NCBI RefSeq assembly: GCF_001194135.2
Contig: NC_068990.1
Span: 20,846,002 to 20,886,438, forward strand
Source of the DNA: Octopus bimaculoides
Taxonomy: Eukaryota
Length of the DNA stretch: 40,437 nt
Direction: 5' to 3'
The position numbers and the translations under genes were made by a program. The notes beneath the pieces were generated by a model, which worked only from the letters and a program-made list of their open reading frames with translations, searched no databases and had not been told where the DNA came from. Positions 1 to 11,825 of this stretch are shown here, in pieces. How positions within the stretch are numbered: the stretch's first letter is position 1; every line of letters starts with the position of its first letter.

Positions 1-26
1 TATGTGTGTGTGTGTGTGTGTGTGTA

Positions 27-225
27 ATTGAAATTTACAGAAAAACAAAAGACGAAGACAGGTGTATGAACAACAAGCAGATGTAATAGTTTGACGCTCG
101 GTAAAGAGAGAAAGTATTTTTTGTTTCGAGCCTACGCTCTGCAGCAGAAAGGAATAAGAGAAAATAACAGAAAGAGTGAATTAAAAAAATAAACCTGTGG
201 ACATAGCGATCAGGCATGGCGGATA
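27..225 (-). mobile_element. Non-autonomous interspersed repeat carrying a decayed minimal hammerhead-like motif (Penelope-related)
   Basis: Minus strand reads CTTT-CTGCTGCA-GAGC-GTAG-GCTC-GAAAC at 151-123 and ends in a (CA)n tail; family assignment is from recall only. Confidence 0.5.
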
Positions 226-267
226 TATTCACTTATGTCTGTAAGTATCTGTCTTAATCTAAAAACC

Positions 268-372
268 ACTGCTTGATAACCGGTGTTGCTATGTTGGCGT
301 ACTCGTAAGCTGGCGAGTAAGCATAAAAGATAAACAAAAAATTACTACTTGGGTCGATTAGTTGAACTAAAA
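268..372 (+). mobile_element. SINE family A 3' half, highly decayed
   Basis: gcttgataaccggtgttgctatgtt..cgtaa..gggtcgatt resembles the better copies at 23790-23975 and 38570-38760. Confidence 0.5.
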
Positions 373-611
373 ACACTTCAGTTTAATAGTTGAAACAATT
401 AACAAATAAAAGTTAAAAACTGGAAACACAAGATGAATGAAGTTAAACTTGCTTGATAGAACAGAAGCATGCACAAGAAATATCGAATGTATGTGATGTT
501 ACGCTTCTTTATATGTTTTTGCTGCAGTGTTTATAACATAATACGAAGCATACAGAACGTACGTTACACTCTATACGTAACTGAGTACAAATTTGTAGTG
601 GAGTTTACAAA

Positions 612-680
612 CACGTATGCTTTCGTTCATTTCCTGGTTTCCGTCATTGGGTTGCTGCCATGCTGGAGTTCCGCCTTCGC
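612..680 (-). mobile_element. SINE family A 3' tail fragment
   Basis: gctgccatgctggagttccgcc is the reverse complement of the GGCGGTGCTCCAGCATGGC tail motif. Confidence 0.65.
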
Positions 681-731
681 ACATATACATACATACATAC
701 ATATACATATATATACAAACACACAAACACA

Positions 732-817
<86 letters not shown>

Positions 818-1465
818 NNNNNNNNNNNNNNNNNNNNNNNNNNNNNNNNNNNNNNNNNNNNNNNNNNNNNNNNNNNNNNNNNNNNNNNNNNNNNNNNNNN
901 NNNNNNNNNNNNNNNNNNNNNNNNNNNNNNNNNNNNNNNNNNNNNNNNNNNNNNNNNNNNNNNNNNNNNNNNNNNNNNNNNNNNNNNNNNNNNNNNNNNN
1001 NNNNNNNNNNNNNNNNNNNNNNNNNNNNNNNNNNNNNNNNNNNNNNNNNNNNNNNNNNNNNNNNNNNNNNNNNNNNNNNNNNNNNNNNNNNNNNNNNNNN
1101 NNNNNNNNNNNNNNNNNNNNNNNNNNNNNNNNNNNNNNNNNNNNNNNNNNNNNNNNNNNNNNNNNNNNNNNNNNNNNNNNNNNNNNNNNNNNNNNNNNNN
1201 NNNNNNNNNNNNNNNNNNNNNNNNNNNNNNNNNNNNNNNNNNNNNNNNNNNNNNNNNNNNNNNNNNNNNNNNNNNNNNNNNNNNNNNNNNNNNNNNNNNN
1301 NNNNNNNNNNNNNNNNNNNNNNNNNNNNNNNNNNNNNNNNNNNNNNNNNNNNNNNNNNNNNNNNNNNNNNNNNNNNNNNNNNNNNNNNNNNNNNNNNNNN
1401 NNNNNNNNNNNNNNNNNNNNNNNNNNNNNNNNNNNNNNNNNNNNNNNNNNNNNNNNNNNNNNNNN
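818..1465. other. Assembly gap (N run) flanked by (CA)n/(TA)n microsatellites
   Basis: N bases. Confidence 1.
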
Positions 1466-1549
1466 ATATATATCCGTAAATATATATACATTTATACTAC
1501 AATATAAATACTTACTACACGCGCATACACACACACATACACACACACA

Positions 1550-1596
<47 letters not shown>

Positions 1597-1673
1597 GGGC
1601 TCGCATGCTTACACACACATGCTAACATTGTTATATGGATCTATAAACACCTATGAATGTTCTTTAAGTTTAC

Positions 1674-1865
1674 ATTTTTGTGGTCGGTGATAAATTTTTG
1701 TAAAGCATGTGCAACTCTTTCAATTCCGCCTGTTTGTTTGCTCGTTCGGGCAGGAAGCCATTACAACGTGATCTGACTTCAGAAGCCCAGGTTATGTAGT
1801 CCACTACAATAGACATCCATTCACCATTTTGTATTGGAATTGTGCGCTCACAGCACCGTTTCTTT
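1674..1865 (-). CDS. Candidate internal exon, 192 nt (KKRCCERTIPIQNGEWMSIVVDYITWASEVRSRCNGFLPERANKQAELKELHMLYKNLSPTTK); product unknown, weak spectrin-repeat-like pattern
   Basis: U-rich tract plus CAG acceptor (tgttgtttgtttacgctttcggaagcAG), stop-free frame, AT|GTAAAC donor, length a multiple of 3, GC above background; could instead end at the TAA at 1670. Confidence 0.4.
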
Positions 1866-2229
1866 CTGCTTCCGAAAGCGTAAACAAACAACACAAACAA
1901 AAAGATAGCCCTCTACTACCATTAAAAAAAATAATAATAGTAATAATATATATAATAATAAAAAATGAACGTGGAGAAATAAAGAAGCCTTAACTATTAT
2001 GAAAACACACTTGTCCGTTTAATAACAAAACACCATTTCTATAGCGTGAACTAATTCAAACATATTTGAAGGCTTCCGCACCGAAGAAAGAAGAATGCAA
2101 AAGCACCAAACACACACAAACAATATAAATGAATACAACTGATGTATACTTCTATTTTTCTTGTTCGTTTTCCCTTTCTGTCGTTCTGTGTATTATTGTA
2201 TTTCTCGATCGTCTTTCCATATTCTCTCC

Positions 2230-2421
2230 GTGTCTCTGTCTTTCTGACTGTCTCTGTCTGTCTGTCTGTCTCTCTGTCTTTCTGTGAGCTATCTCAGTCT
2301 CTGTCACTCTGTCTCTCCGTATATCTCTCTTTCTCTATCTTTCTGTCACTGTCTCTATCACTATCTTTCTTTCTAAAATTCCACTTTGTTTTCCCCTCTA
2401 TTCCTCTCTTCCTCCCTCAAT

Positions 2422-2492
<71 letters not shown>

Positions 2493-2617
2493 CCATCTCT
2501 TTATTTTCCTCCGCCTTCTGCTCTTCTATATCTTTGTCCCTTTCTCACTCTCTCAAACTACACTTTATTTTCCCCTATTCCTCTTTCTACATCTCTCTTC
2601 TCCACTTTCTCTCCCAT

Positions 2618-2693
<76 letters not shown>

Positions 2694-2991
2694 ACACACA
2701 CACACACATACACACACACGCACTCTCTCTCTCTTTCTCTCTCTTTCTTCCTCTCCTTCTCCGTTAAATTCTACATCACTTTCCTCGGTCCTTCATTCGG
2801 TCTTACTCTATTTGTCTCACCCACTCTCTCTCTCTCTATTTCTCTCTCTCTATTTCTCTATCTCTCTCTCTCTATTTCTCTTTCTCTCTCTATTTCTCTC
2901 TCTCTCTCTCTGTCTATGTATCTGTCTATCTCTTACGCTCTAAAACTTCACTGCTTTCCACCTCTCCCTCTCTTTTATGTCTCTCTCATAT

Positions 2992-3040
<49 letters not shown>

Positions 3041-3210
3041 CTCTCTCTCAGACAAACACACCCACTCCATCTCTTTCTCTCTCTCTCACACACACACATT
3101 CTCTGTCTTCCCCTCTCTCAAAAATTCCTCTATATTTTCCCTCCCCTTCATTCTTCTTCCTACCCTCCTATCTCTGTCTCCCTCAAAAACTTCACTATAA
3201 ATTCTCCTCG
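2230..3210. repeat. Compound (CT)n/(CA)n microsatellite-rich polypyrimidine block
   Basis: Long (CT)n and (CA)n arrays read directly. Confidence 0.95.
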
Positions 3211-3429
3211 TCCTCCAAACCCCCGCGCCCTTCTTAAAGCTACTATTGTCATTGTATTTCAGAAAAATAACATTGAATTGTTGAAGAAATATCGTATCAC
3301 TGTATCACTTTGTAGAAATGAACTGACCCATTAGATCTCATTGCCGTGACTCGGGAAGACGATGTCAATTATTCAGATTTTATTTATTTATTTATTTATC
3401 GATTTATCGATTTATATATTATTAATAAT

Positions 3430-3612
3430 AATAATACTTACTCTTTACTCTTTTACTCTTTTATTTGTTTCAGTATATTTGACTGCTGCCATGCTGAAGC
3501 ACCGCCTTTGGTCGAACAAATCGACCCCAAGACAACTCTTATCCTTTGTAAGCCTAGTACCTATTCTATCGGTCTCTTTTGCCGATCCGCTAAGTTACGG
3601 GGAAGTAAGTTT
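3430..3612 (-). mobile_element. SINE family A 3' half
   Basis: gactgctgccatgctgaagcaccgcc...gtcgaacaaatcgacccc...gccgatccgctaagttacgggga matches 23050-23250. Confidence 0.85.
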
Positions 3613-3619
3613 CTTCGAG

Positions 3620-3745
3620 GTTGACTTTGCCTTTCATATTTTGTGGTCGATGTTATAAAAACCAGTTGAGCACTGGGGTTGATGTAATTGCCTTTCGCCC
3701 TCCCTCAGACTTCAAGCCTTGTGCTTATAGATGAAAGAATTGTTA
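3620..3745 (+). mobile_element. SINE family B 3' part
   Basis: gactttgcctttcat...accagttgagcactggggttgatgtaat...gccttgtgc matches other family B copies. Confidence 0.7.
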
Positions 3746-4029
3746 CCATCATCAGTGCTATTGTTACTGTTGTTGTTGTTGTTGTTGCTGTTGCTGTTGT
3801 GCTTTTGTTGCTTTTGTGACTATTGATGCTTACACCAAGAGAAAATAACAGGAAATGATAGTTGTACGGAGAGAAAGGTTCAAAATGAAATTCTCTTCTT
3901 CATCCTTTTCACTGAGAAACGTCTCCCTATATGAAACTCAGCTGTGTTCATCACTGCCGTTGCTCTAAGTGTCATCGTGGGTACGGGAAGGGGTCAACAC
4001 CAATAATTACAACAAAAACTTGCCGAGCA

Positions 4030-5100
4030 GAAACACCCTCCCTCGTCACCGATGCTTGAAACAGTGGGCTGGCAAGCAGTGCTGCAGAGACGATATTAAA
4101 GTATGTCACCACAGTAAAAACGGCTAGCGTCCAAGTTCCCCTCTCGCTGCTTTTTATGTGCTGAAAGAAGACCCTAGAAAACTTTGTTAGGAAAACTGGT
4201 CAATGAGAGTAAGGGATGTTAAATCTAAGCTGAACCAGAACTCCTGGAATATCTCGAGGACTTCCCTGAGTTGCCCAACATCAGCTGATGTAATGGAAGG
4301 AACACTGTGTTGGTGCCACTCATGTGGTTACACCAACCATCTAAGGGCTTTGTTTTGCTCACAGTAGAAAAGAAAAGGGTTGAACACACTACTGTCAATA
4401 CCGTAGTACCAATAGCTGGAACAGTAAACAGGATCGTGTACACCAAGAACCAACAAAAATGTGTTGAGAGTACCAACAGGACAAAAAAAAAAGAAAAAAA
4501 AAGAATTAGATACAGATGCACAGGAAGCTAGTTCTTTGCAAGATTACTCTTCCTAATTTCATCTCCTCCTACTTACTGCCAAATGATGAACGCGAGAAAG
4601 TAGTATGGAATTTTGAAGAGTAGGAAAATAACAAATGCCACTCAACACATCAAAGCATGTTAGCTAATAATCAACATCAATTACTAAGCCTGCAGCCACC
4701 ACAACAGAAATTAGAGGAAAAACTGTCCAGAATCAGAACAAACAGAGCCAGAAAAAAGAAACAAAGAGGAACAGTCAAACCCGCAATGTAACTACAACCA
4801 CAACAACAACAACAACAATGGCAGCAATATCACTATAGCAGCATGAATAAATATATCCAAAGAATCACAGCAAAAGGCATGCGATAAAACAACAACAACA
4901 AACACTTAACTAAAATAAGAAAACAATAAACAAACACACAACCTGAAGCGCAGCATCCAGAGCAAGAACAAACGCAAAAGAGACAATAAAATCAGTAAGA
5001 GTGCGAGAATCTACAGTCGAAGACAAATAAACTTTTCAATTAAATCATTGCCAAATATATGGACAATGAATTGATTAATTATAATGTACAAATCAAAGTT
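4030..5100 (+). mobile_element. Possible decayed non-LTR retrotransposon remnant
   Basis: GC-elevated, A/C-skewed coding-like sequence with many stops and frameshifts; no diagnostic motif intact. Confidence 0.2.
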
Positions 5101-5344
5101 ACACGAACACAAGGAGAGGACATCCATAAACTTCTGTGAAAAGCGATACTCAACACATTACTAGCGATGACTTCGACAGAGAATCCAAAGTATTTACTGA
5201 ACGCGTTCCATATAAACATATTGTATTTCAAAAGAACACGTCTATGCAATGCTGAAAGGTGTTTCTAGCAAATGTCAAAATTCGTTTATACTGCAGAAAA
5301 CTGAATGATTCTTCCATTTATTTTCTCTCTGTCATGTGTAAGGG

Positions 5345-5540
5345 TAGGATAAAGACCCTTCGTGACTCATACAGACTCATAGGACCGGTTTCCCGATTTC
5401 GCCTGGACGGGATGCCAATCCGTCGCAGAATTACACATTTTTGTCAGCCAAGTGGACTGGAGCATTCTGAAATAGTGTTTTGCTCAAGAACACAACGAGT
5501 CGCCCAGTCCAGGAATCGAACCCCAAATCATTACTGAGAC
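5345..5540 (-). mobile_element. tRNA-derived SINE (family C-related), partial
   Basis: gttttgctcaagaacacaacgagtcgcccagtccaggaatcgaacc (B-box on minus), similar to 28050-28110 and 28710-28760. Confidence 0.6.
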
Positions 5541-6117
5541 TGGGTTTCATCGATACATCGATACACTGGTTTCACCTGGTAGCAAAATCATTTTCTTAAC
5601 GGACATAGGGCACTAGATACAGATCCAGTTAGTCACCAGTATTATCTTATGTTCCGTGATTAACACACCTGATTATGCACAATTATTCGTTTCATGTTTA
5701 GGATAATCTGCATCTTACGATAAGGTAGATTTTCTTGGACATTGAGAAGTTGGTGGTTCTAAATGTGAATTGCAGTGATCATGGTGCCTTCAGAACAGCA
5801 GTCATTTTTGCAACGATTAGCTGAGGGCCAGAATGTTTAAGATGTGTAGAGCCATAAATGTAAACACGCTATTTATTCGTGCGAAGAAGATACAAGATTC
5901 TGAAATGTAAAATACACATCCGCATTGAGGAATGATTCGATAGGTAAAGGATATGAATAGGACTTAGATACGTGATCAGGTGGAGTGCAAAATATCTATC
6001 ACGTAGCGAGTGAATTTTCTGAATGTGCCAATATCAACATGGCCATGCTGTAGTTCATATCGAGATCTTACATAGATCTTGCTGAGGTAATTGTTAGGTC
6101 AGCGGATTAGTGCAGAG

Positions 6118-6846
6118 CAATGGATCTCAACCGGGATCCATATAAGATTTTGAGGGTCCCTGCTAACAAAATAGTATATTGCGGATTCACAGTTGTTTTT
6201 TGAGGATCCACGAAACAGTTTGATTTAAACGAATGTATTGCAAGAAACAGCTATGTTTTTCTCTCTGTTTTACATGGTTCAACCTACACAATTTGATGTG
6301 TGAAGGAAGAATTGCAACCACATTTCGTGATTCGTTACTTCAACAGCTCCTTTATAGGATCCAGTGGTTAAGGACATCATCAGGAGGAACCACATCCGGT
6401 TTCGGCCCCTAAACCTCTACCATTTTGAGGTGTCTTCAGCTCTGGTGTTGAGTGCGTTTTTTTTTTTGTTTTACTTTCTCCTTTTTTCTTTTGCTCTTCA
6501 GTTTCTTCGAACATCAGCGGGCGAATGATCATCCTGCCAAATTCCTTTTTAAATACTTGCCGGCAGGCTCCAGCAGCCAGCATCAGTTAACTGTCAGGTC
6601 AAACAATCTAAGCTTCAAATGACCAATGGAGGGGAAGGGTGCGTAGCTTTTGACTGCGCTCTCTGTAGACCAAGAAACAGCTATGTTTTTTTTCTCTAAT
6701 ATTTTACATAGTTCAACCTACGAAATTTAATGTTTTGAAAGAAGTATCTATAAAAATTATTTTTAAACATCGAATGTCTATGAGAGTCCACCAGAATAAT
6801 TAGTAAACAAAGTTTTCCGTTGGTAAAAAATGGTTGAGAACCACTG
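6118..6846. mobile_element. hAT-type MITE (Charlie/SPIN-like TIR), old
   Basis: TIRs CAATGGATCTCAACC (6118-6132) and GGTTGAGAACCACTG (6832-6846); flanking 8-mers GTGCAGAG/GTCTAAAG match 5/8; internal ~60-bp duplication at 6241 and 6670. Confidence 0.7.
6376..6670 (-). mobile_element. Unassigned GC-richer insert inside the MITE, possibly a Penelope-type terminal repeat
   Basis: Lies between the duplicated MITE segments; contains CCATTGG, TATTTAAAAA and CTGAAGA...GAAACCGG motifs on minus. Confidence 0.35.
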
Positions 6847-7675
6847 GTCTAAAGTGACCATAAATTTGTGTTAGTGGATATACAGGCCGCAAGTTTGTGA
6901 TCTATATCGTCTCCGATATAATGTGTTGCCAATTTGAGTTAGGCCAGGTTGAAAACGACGTTCTTCTAGCTTTCTATAAAAGGGACGTGCTTCCTTTCTC
7001 AGGCAAACCATTTATAGCCAACACTCTCAGTACAGTTTCTTCGGTTTGCTACCGTCGAAAATACACTGAAGCTGTGATACTTCCAGACTCTTCTCAAAGG
7101 TGTTTAGTTTCATTTTTACACTGCAAGCCAGTTATTTTGCCGGTGCTTCAGTCGTGGGACTCGGACATTGTTGACATACAGAGTTATGTGAACGAGATTG
7201 AAAGAACTTAGTGAACATGCTTTCTTCTTTGAACTAGTCTATCATCAATTTATTCCAGTATCCCTTGGATAGAAGGTGAGAAATATGCTGGTCCGCAGTA
7301 TATTTACCGGAACATTGGTGAGATTAACGAGTGCAATTTACATTAATGGGTCTATTCACAATATTCTCAGCTCCTGCTAAGCTAAAGACCCCAGTTGCGG
7401 TCTTATCATTGGCGCTTGATAAGCTAGGTTTTATGGAGTTTCCTATTTGGCACCAGGTGGTTATATTCGTATTAGGTTGCGTTTTTTCTTTAATTTCTTT
7501 TCTGTTTATAAGACTATGAAATATACCCGTATTTTCATAATCCGTTTTGTAAAATTCTCACGGCTTTTATTATTGATCGTTATGATTTTACCATCATACG
7601 TCGCACTCATATCAATAATGAACAAAGGATCATCCTCATCATCATCATAATCATCGTCGTCGTCGTCGTTATTAA

Positions 7676-8050
7676 AAAGGCGGTGAACTGGCAGATTCAT
7701 TAGCGCGTCGGACAAAATGCTTAGTGACAATTTTGACCGTTTCTACCTTCTAACTTCTAATTCCGGGGTGAATAAAATAAATACCAGTTGAGCACTGGTG
7801 TCGACGTAATCGACTTACCCCTCCCTCGAAATTGCTGGCCTTGTGTCAAAATTTGAAATCATGATTGTTATTAAGGCGTCAGACAGGGGCAATTTTTAGT
7901 ACCTCAAATAAAAAATGTTCAGCTCTTTACGTTCTGAGTTCAAATTCCATCGAGGTCTGTTTTGCCTTTCATTAGTTGAACAGTGGGGGTCGATGTAATC
8001 AACTTAAACGCTACCGTGAGATTGCTGGCTTTGTACCAAAACTTGAAAGA
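7676..8050 (+). mobile_element. Two adjacent SINE family B copies (7676-7860, 7870-8050), internally deleted
   Basis: ggcggtgaactggcaga head, gttctgagttcaaattcc B-box, gtcgatgtaatc core and gaaattgctggccttgtg tail. Confidence 0.8.
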
Positions 8051-9011
8051 AGTATATTTTGTGAAAATCCGAAATAATAAACGGCGTTAATTCTACGTTT
8101 TCTTCCCCTCTAAATGTGTATCATTTGGCCTCAGAGAGGTATCGTATTTATGTTGTCACAGAAGTGGTTACAATGGCTTCATTCAGGAAGGGAGGAAGAT
8201 AATGCTTGCGTCGATGGAATTTGAAATCACGATGTATAGATCCATAATAATAAACACTAAGCATTTGACAGGAGCTCAAAACGAGTGCCTGTTTTAAAAA
8301 AAGATCGATATAATCGAATATTATCCCTTTCAAAAAATATTTGGCCGTATGTCTTTCTAGAAAAATCCCTATTAATTTTCGGAGTTAAAACTTTTCGAAT
8401 TGTAAGAATTTTTATATACAAATATATAATTTATATTGCATTTTACATCTTCTCAAGCTATTCTCTATGGGGTATTATTAATTTCAATCTAATCTCAATT
8501 ACACATTCCATTCCATTTTTTCACAAATTTCTACCTGCGTCCATAGCGTAATCATTTTCAACGTTTCTCACACAATATTCATTTTTAAATCTACTTCTCC
8601 AACTGTAGTAGCTAATGACAGTCTTAATATTCTTAATTTATTTACTATTTCACTTCCCAAAGGTACATTGAATCCTTATGTTTTCATTCCATGTCTTTTG
8701 TACTGGATATGTTGTAGTTGTAAATATTATTATCGCTTCATTCTTTATATTTTTTCTTTAATAATTCTTATGCTTTTCGAAGCGCAAAAACAGATTCAAG
8801 CTAGAGAGAAAAATATTCATAATCTCATGGATTGTATGTAATCAATATTAAACAACATGCTAGAGGCAGAAAAGACTTGTTCTGTGTTTCATTTTGTTAT
8901 GTAAATATTCGGTAATATTCGTAATCACAGTGTTTATGAAATCTTCGCAGAATTTTACCAGTTCAATTGAAAGAATTGCATTCAGTGGCAAATCTTCTCT
9001 ATTATATATGT

Positions 9012-9068
<57 letters not shown>

Positions 9069-10038
9069 NNNNNNNNNNNNNNNNNNNNNNNNNNNNNNNN
9101 NNNNNNNNNNNNNNNNNNNNNNNNNNNNNNNNNNNNNNNNNNNNNNNNNNNNNNNNNNNNNNNNNNNNNNNNNNNNNNNNNNNNNNNNNNNNNNNNNNNN
9201 NNNNNNNNNNNNNNNNNNNNNNNNNNNNNNNNNNNNNNNNNNNNNNNNNNNNNNNNNNNNNNNNNNNNNNNNNNNNNNNNNNNNNNNNNNNNNNNNNNNN
9301 NNNNNNNNNNNNNNNNNNNNNNNNNNNNNNNNNNNNNNNNNNNNNNNNNNNNNNNNNNNNNNNNNNNNNNNNNNNNNNNNNNNNNNNNNNNNNNNNNNNN
9401 NNNNNNNNNNNNNNNNNNNNNNNNNNNNNNNNNNNNNNNNNNNNNNNNNNNNNNNNNNNNNNNNNNNNNNNNNNNNNNNNNNNNNNNNNNNNNNNNNNNN
9501 NNNNNNNNNNNNNNNNNNNNNNNNNNNNNNNNNNNNNNNNNNNNNNNNNNNNNNNNNNNNNNNNNNNNNNNNNNNNNNNNNNNNNNNNNNNNNNNNNNNN
9601 NNNNNNNNNNNNNNNNNNNNNNNNNNNNNNNNNNNNNNNNNNNNNNNNNNNNNNNNNNNNNNNNNNNNNNNNNNNNNNNNNNNNNNNNNNNNNNNNNNNN
9701 NNNNNNNNNNNNNNNNNNNNNNNNNNNNNNNNNNNNNNNNNNNNNNNNNNNNNNNNNNNNNNNNNNNNNNNNNNNNNNNNNNNNNNNNNNNNNNNNNNNN
9801 NNNNNNNNNNNNNNNNNNNNNNNNNNNNNNNNNNNNNNNNNNNNNNNNNNNNNNNNNNNNNNNNNNNNNNNNNNNNNNNNNNNNNNNNNNNNNNNNNNNN
9901 NNNNNNNNNNNNNNNNNNNNNNNNNNNNNNNNNNNNNNNNNNNNNNNNNNNNNNNNNNNNNNNNNNNNNNNNNNNNNNNNNNNNNNNNNNNNNNNNNNNN
10001 NNNNNNNNNNNNNNNNNNNNNNNNNNNNNNNNNNNNNN
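9069..10038. other. Assembly gap flanked by (TA)n and (TG)n
   Basis: N bases. Confidence 1.
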
Positions 10039-10544
10039 TGTGTGTGTGTGAGAGAGAGAGTGTGTGTGTGTGTATACTTATATACAAGACGCATATATAT
10101 TATAACCGATATATTTATTAGATATATTAAATCTCTATACAATCTTACACACAAACACATATATACATATTCTTCTACTGGCTTCCGTCACTGAATTACG
10201 TCCATGCTAGAATTTCACTTTTTTTTTTTTTTACAATTACTTGTAAAATCAATCGAAGTATTTACATATTTAAAGACTGCTGCATATTCTATCGCTTTCT
10301 TTTGTCGAACTGCTGGTGGTTTGCGAACGTTAACAAATTAAAGCCCGTTTTCAAGCGATGGGTGAAGAAATACAAAAATAATGACACACACACATACTGA
10401 CCTACCTATCTACCTACTCAGCTACCTACCCACATACCTACCTGCCTACCAACACAAAAACATACTTGCAAGTATACATATATAGCTATTTATCTACCTA
10501 CCTACCTACCTACCTACCTACCAAAACACATACATACATGTATT

Positions 10545-10591
<47 letters not shown>

Positions 10592-11162
10592 NNNNNNNNN
10601 NNNNNNNNNNNNNNNNNNNNNNNNNNNNNNNNNNNNNNNNNNNNNNNNNNNNNNNNNNNNNNNNNNNNNNNNNNNNNNNNNNNNNNNNNNNNNNNNNNNN
10701 NNNNNNNNNNNNNNNNNNNNNNNNNNNNNNNNNNNNNNNNNNNNNNNNNNNNNNNNNNNNNNNNNNNNNNNNNNNNNNNNNNNNNNNNNNNNNNNNNNNN
10801 NNNNNNNNNNNNNNNNNNNNNNNNNNNNNNNNNNNNNNNNNNNNNNNNNNNNNNNNNNNNNNNNNNNNNNNNNNNNNNNNNNNNNNNNNNNNNNNNNNNN
10901 NNNNNNNNNNNNNNNNNNNNNNNNNNNNNNNNNNNNNNNNNNNNNNNNNNNNNNNNNNNNNNNNNNNNNNNNNNNNNNNNNNNNNNNNNNNNNNNNNNNN
11001 NNNNNNNNNNNNNNNNNNNNNNNNNNNNNNNNNNNNNNNNNNNNNNNNNNNNNNNNNNNNNNNNNNNNNNNNNNNNNNNNNNNNNNNNNNNNNNNNNNNN
11101 NNNNNNNNNNNNNNNNNNNNNNNNNNNNNNNNNNNNNNNNNNNNNNNNNNNNNNNNNNNNNN
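10592..11162. other. Assembly gap
   Basis: N bases. Confidence 1.
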
Positions 11163-11580
11163 CACGGGTCGCCACTGCATAGTGCCAAAGGTGCCGTCCA
11201 CTGCATCTCACATAAGAACGAGATACTGCAGCAGCCTCGGTTTCAGAGGACCTCAGCTCTTCAATGCCCTGCCAAAACATTTGAGAGACCTGCAAGACAC
11301 GGATGTGGAGGTCTTCAAGACAAAATTCGACGCTTTCCTTTCCACGATACCAGACTAACCAATGGCTCGAAATGAGACACAGTTTAGGGAAGCGATGTCA
11401 AATTCTCTTATACACCAGATGTGCCATCAAAACTCTTGATTGGACTATATCAGGTGCAGGAGAAGAGCCATGCAAGGAACGTGAAGAGAGCAAAGCATAA
11501 AGACAGAAAATCACGGTGGTGCTCCAGCATGACCACAGCCACTTGGCTGAAACCCATAAATAAATAAATAAATAAATAAA
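11163..11580 (+). mobile_element. CR1/L2-group LINE 3' end (ORF2 C-terminus, 3' UTR, (ATAA)n tail)
   Basis: TGRHCIVPKV...SLGFRGPQLFNALPKHLRDL...FKTKFDAFLSTIPD is the typical post-RT C-terminus of CR1/L2-group ORF2; terminal stem-loop and (ATAA)n follow. Confidence 0.85.
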
Positions 11581-11699
11581 TATACATATATATATATATA
11601 AATATATATATGTGTGTGTGTGTACGTGTGTGTATGTATGTATGTATGTGTATGTATGTATGTATGTATGTATGTATGTATATATATGTGTATGTATAT

Positions 11700-11825
11700 G
11701 ATCAAAGGGCTTCGAAATAGTCTACCAACTTCACTTGCGAATCATTGGTCTTCGCAGGACGGGAGTAGAGACACTTGCCCAAGGCTCCACCACGAAGCGG
11801 TTCCTTGTAGTATATCGAATTGATG
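11700..11825 (-). mobile_element. SINE family A head, decayed
   Basis: gtagagacacttgcccaaggctccac and aaatagtctaccaacttcact resemble 26720-26810. Confidence 0.55.

Noticed and set aside
469-1625. ORFs of 296-336 aa
   Set aside because: Artefacts of N runs and dinucleotide repeats; the same applies to 8894-11375, 23189-23844 and 36527-37213 (except the LINE peptide at 11163-11358).
2142-3237. 283-aa Ser/Leu-rich ORF and overlapping ORFs
   Set aside because: Translation of (CT)n/(CA)n arrays; the H-DNA potential of the tract is generic.
6880-7470. GC-elevated coding-like region (104-aa + ORF; minus strand has loose GLP..LL..FNLA and YIGDD strings)
   Set aside because: Multiple stops and wrong motif spacing for an RT; cannot assign, probably a very old retroelement remnant.
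8162-8295. Acceptor followed by open frame SGYNGFIQEGRKIMLASMEF
   Set aside because: No convincing donor or recognisable homology.
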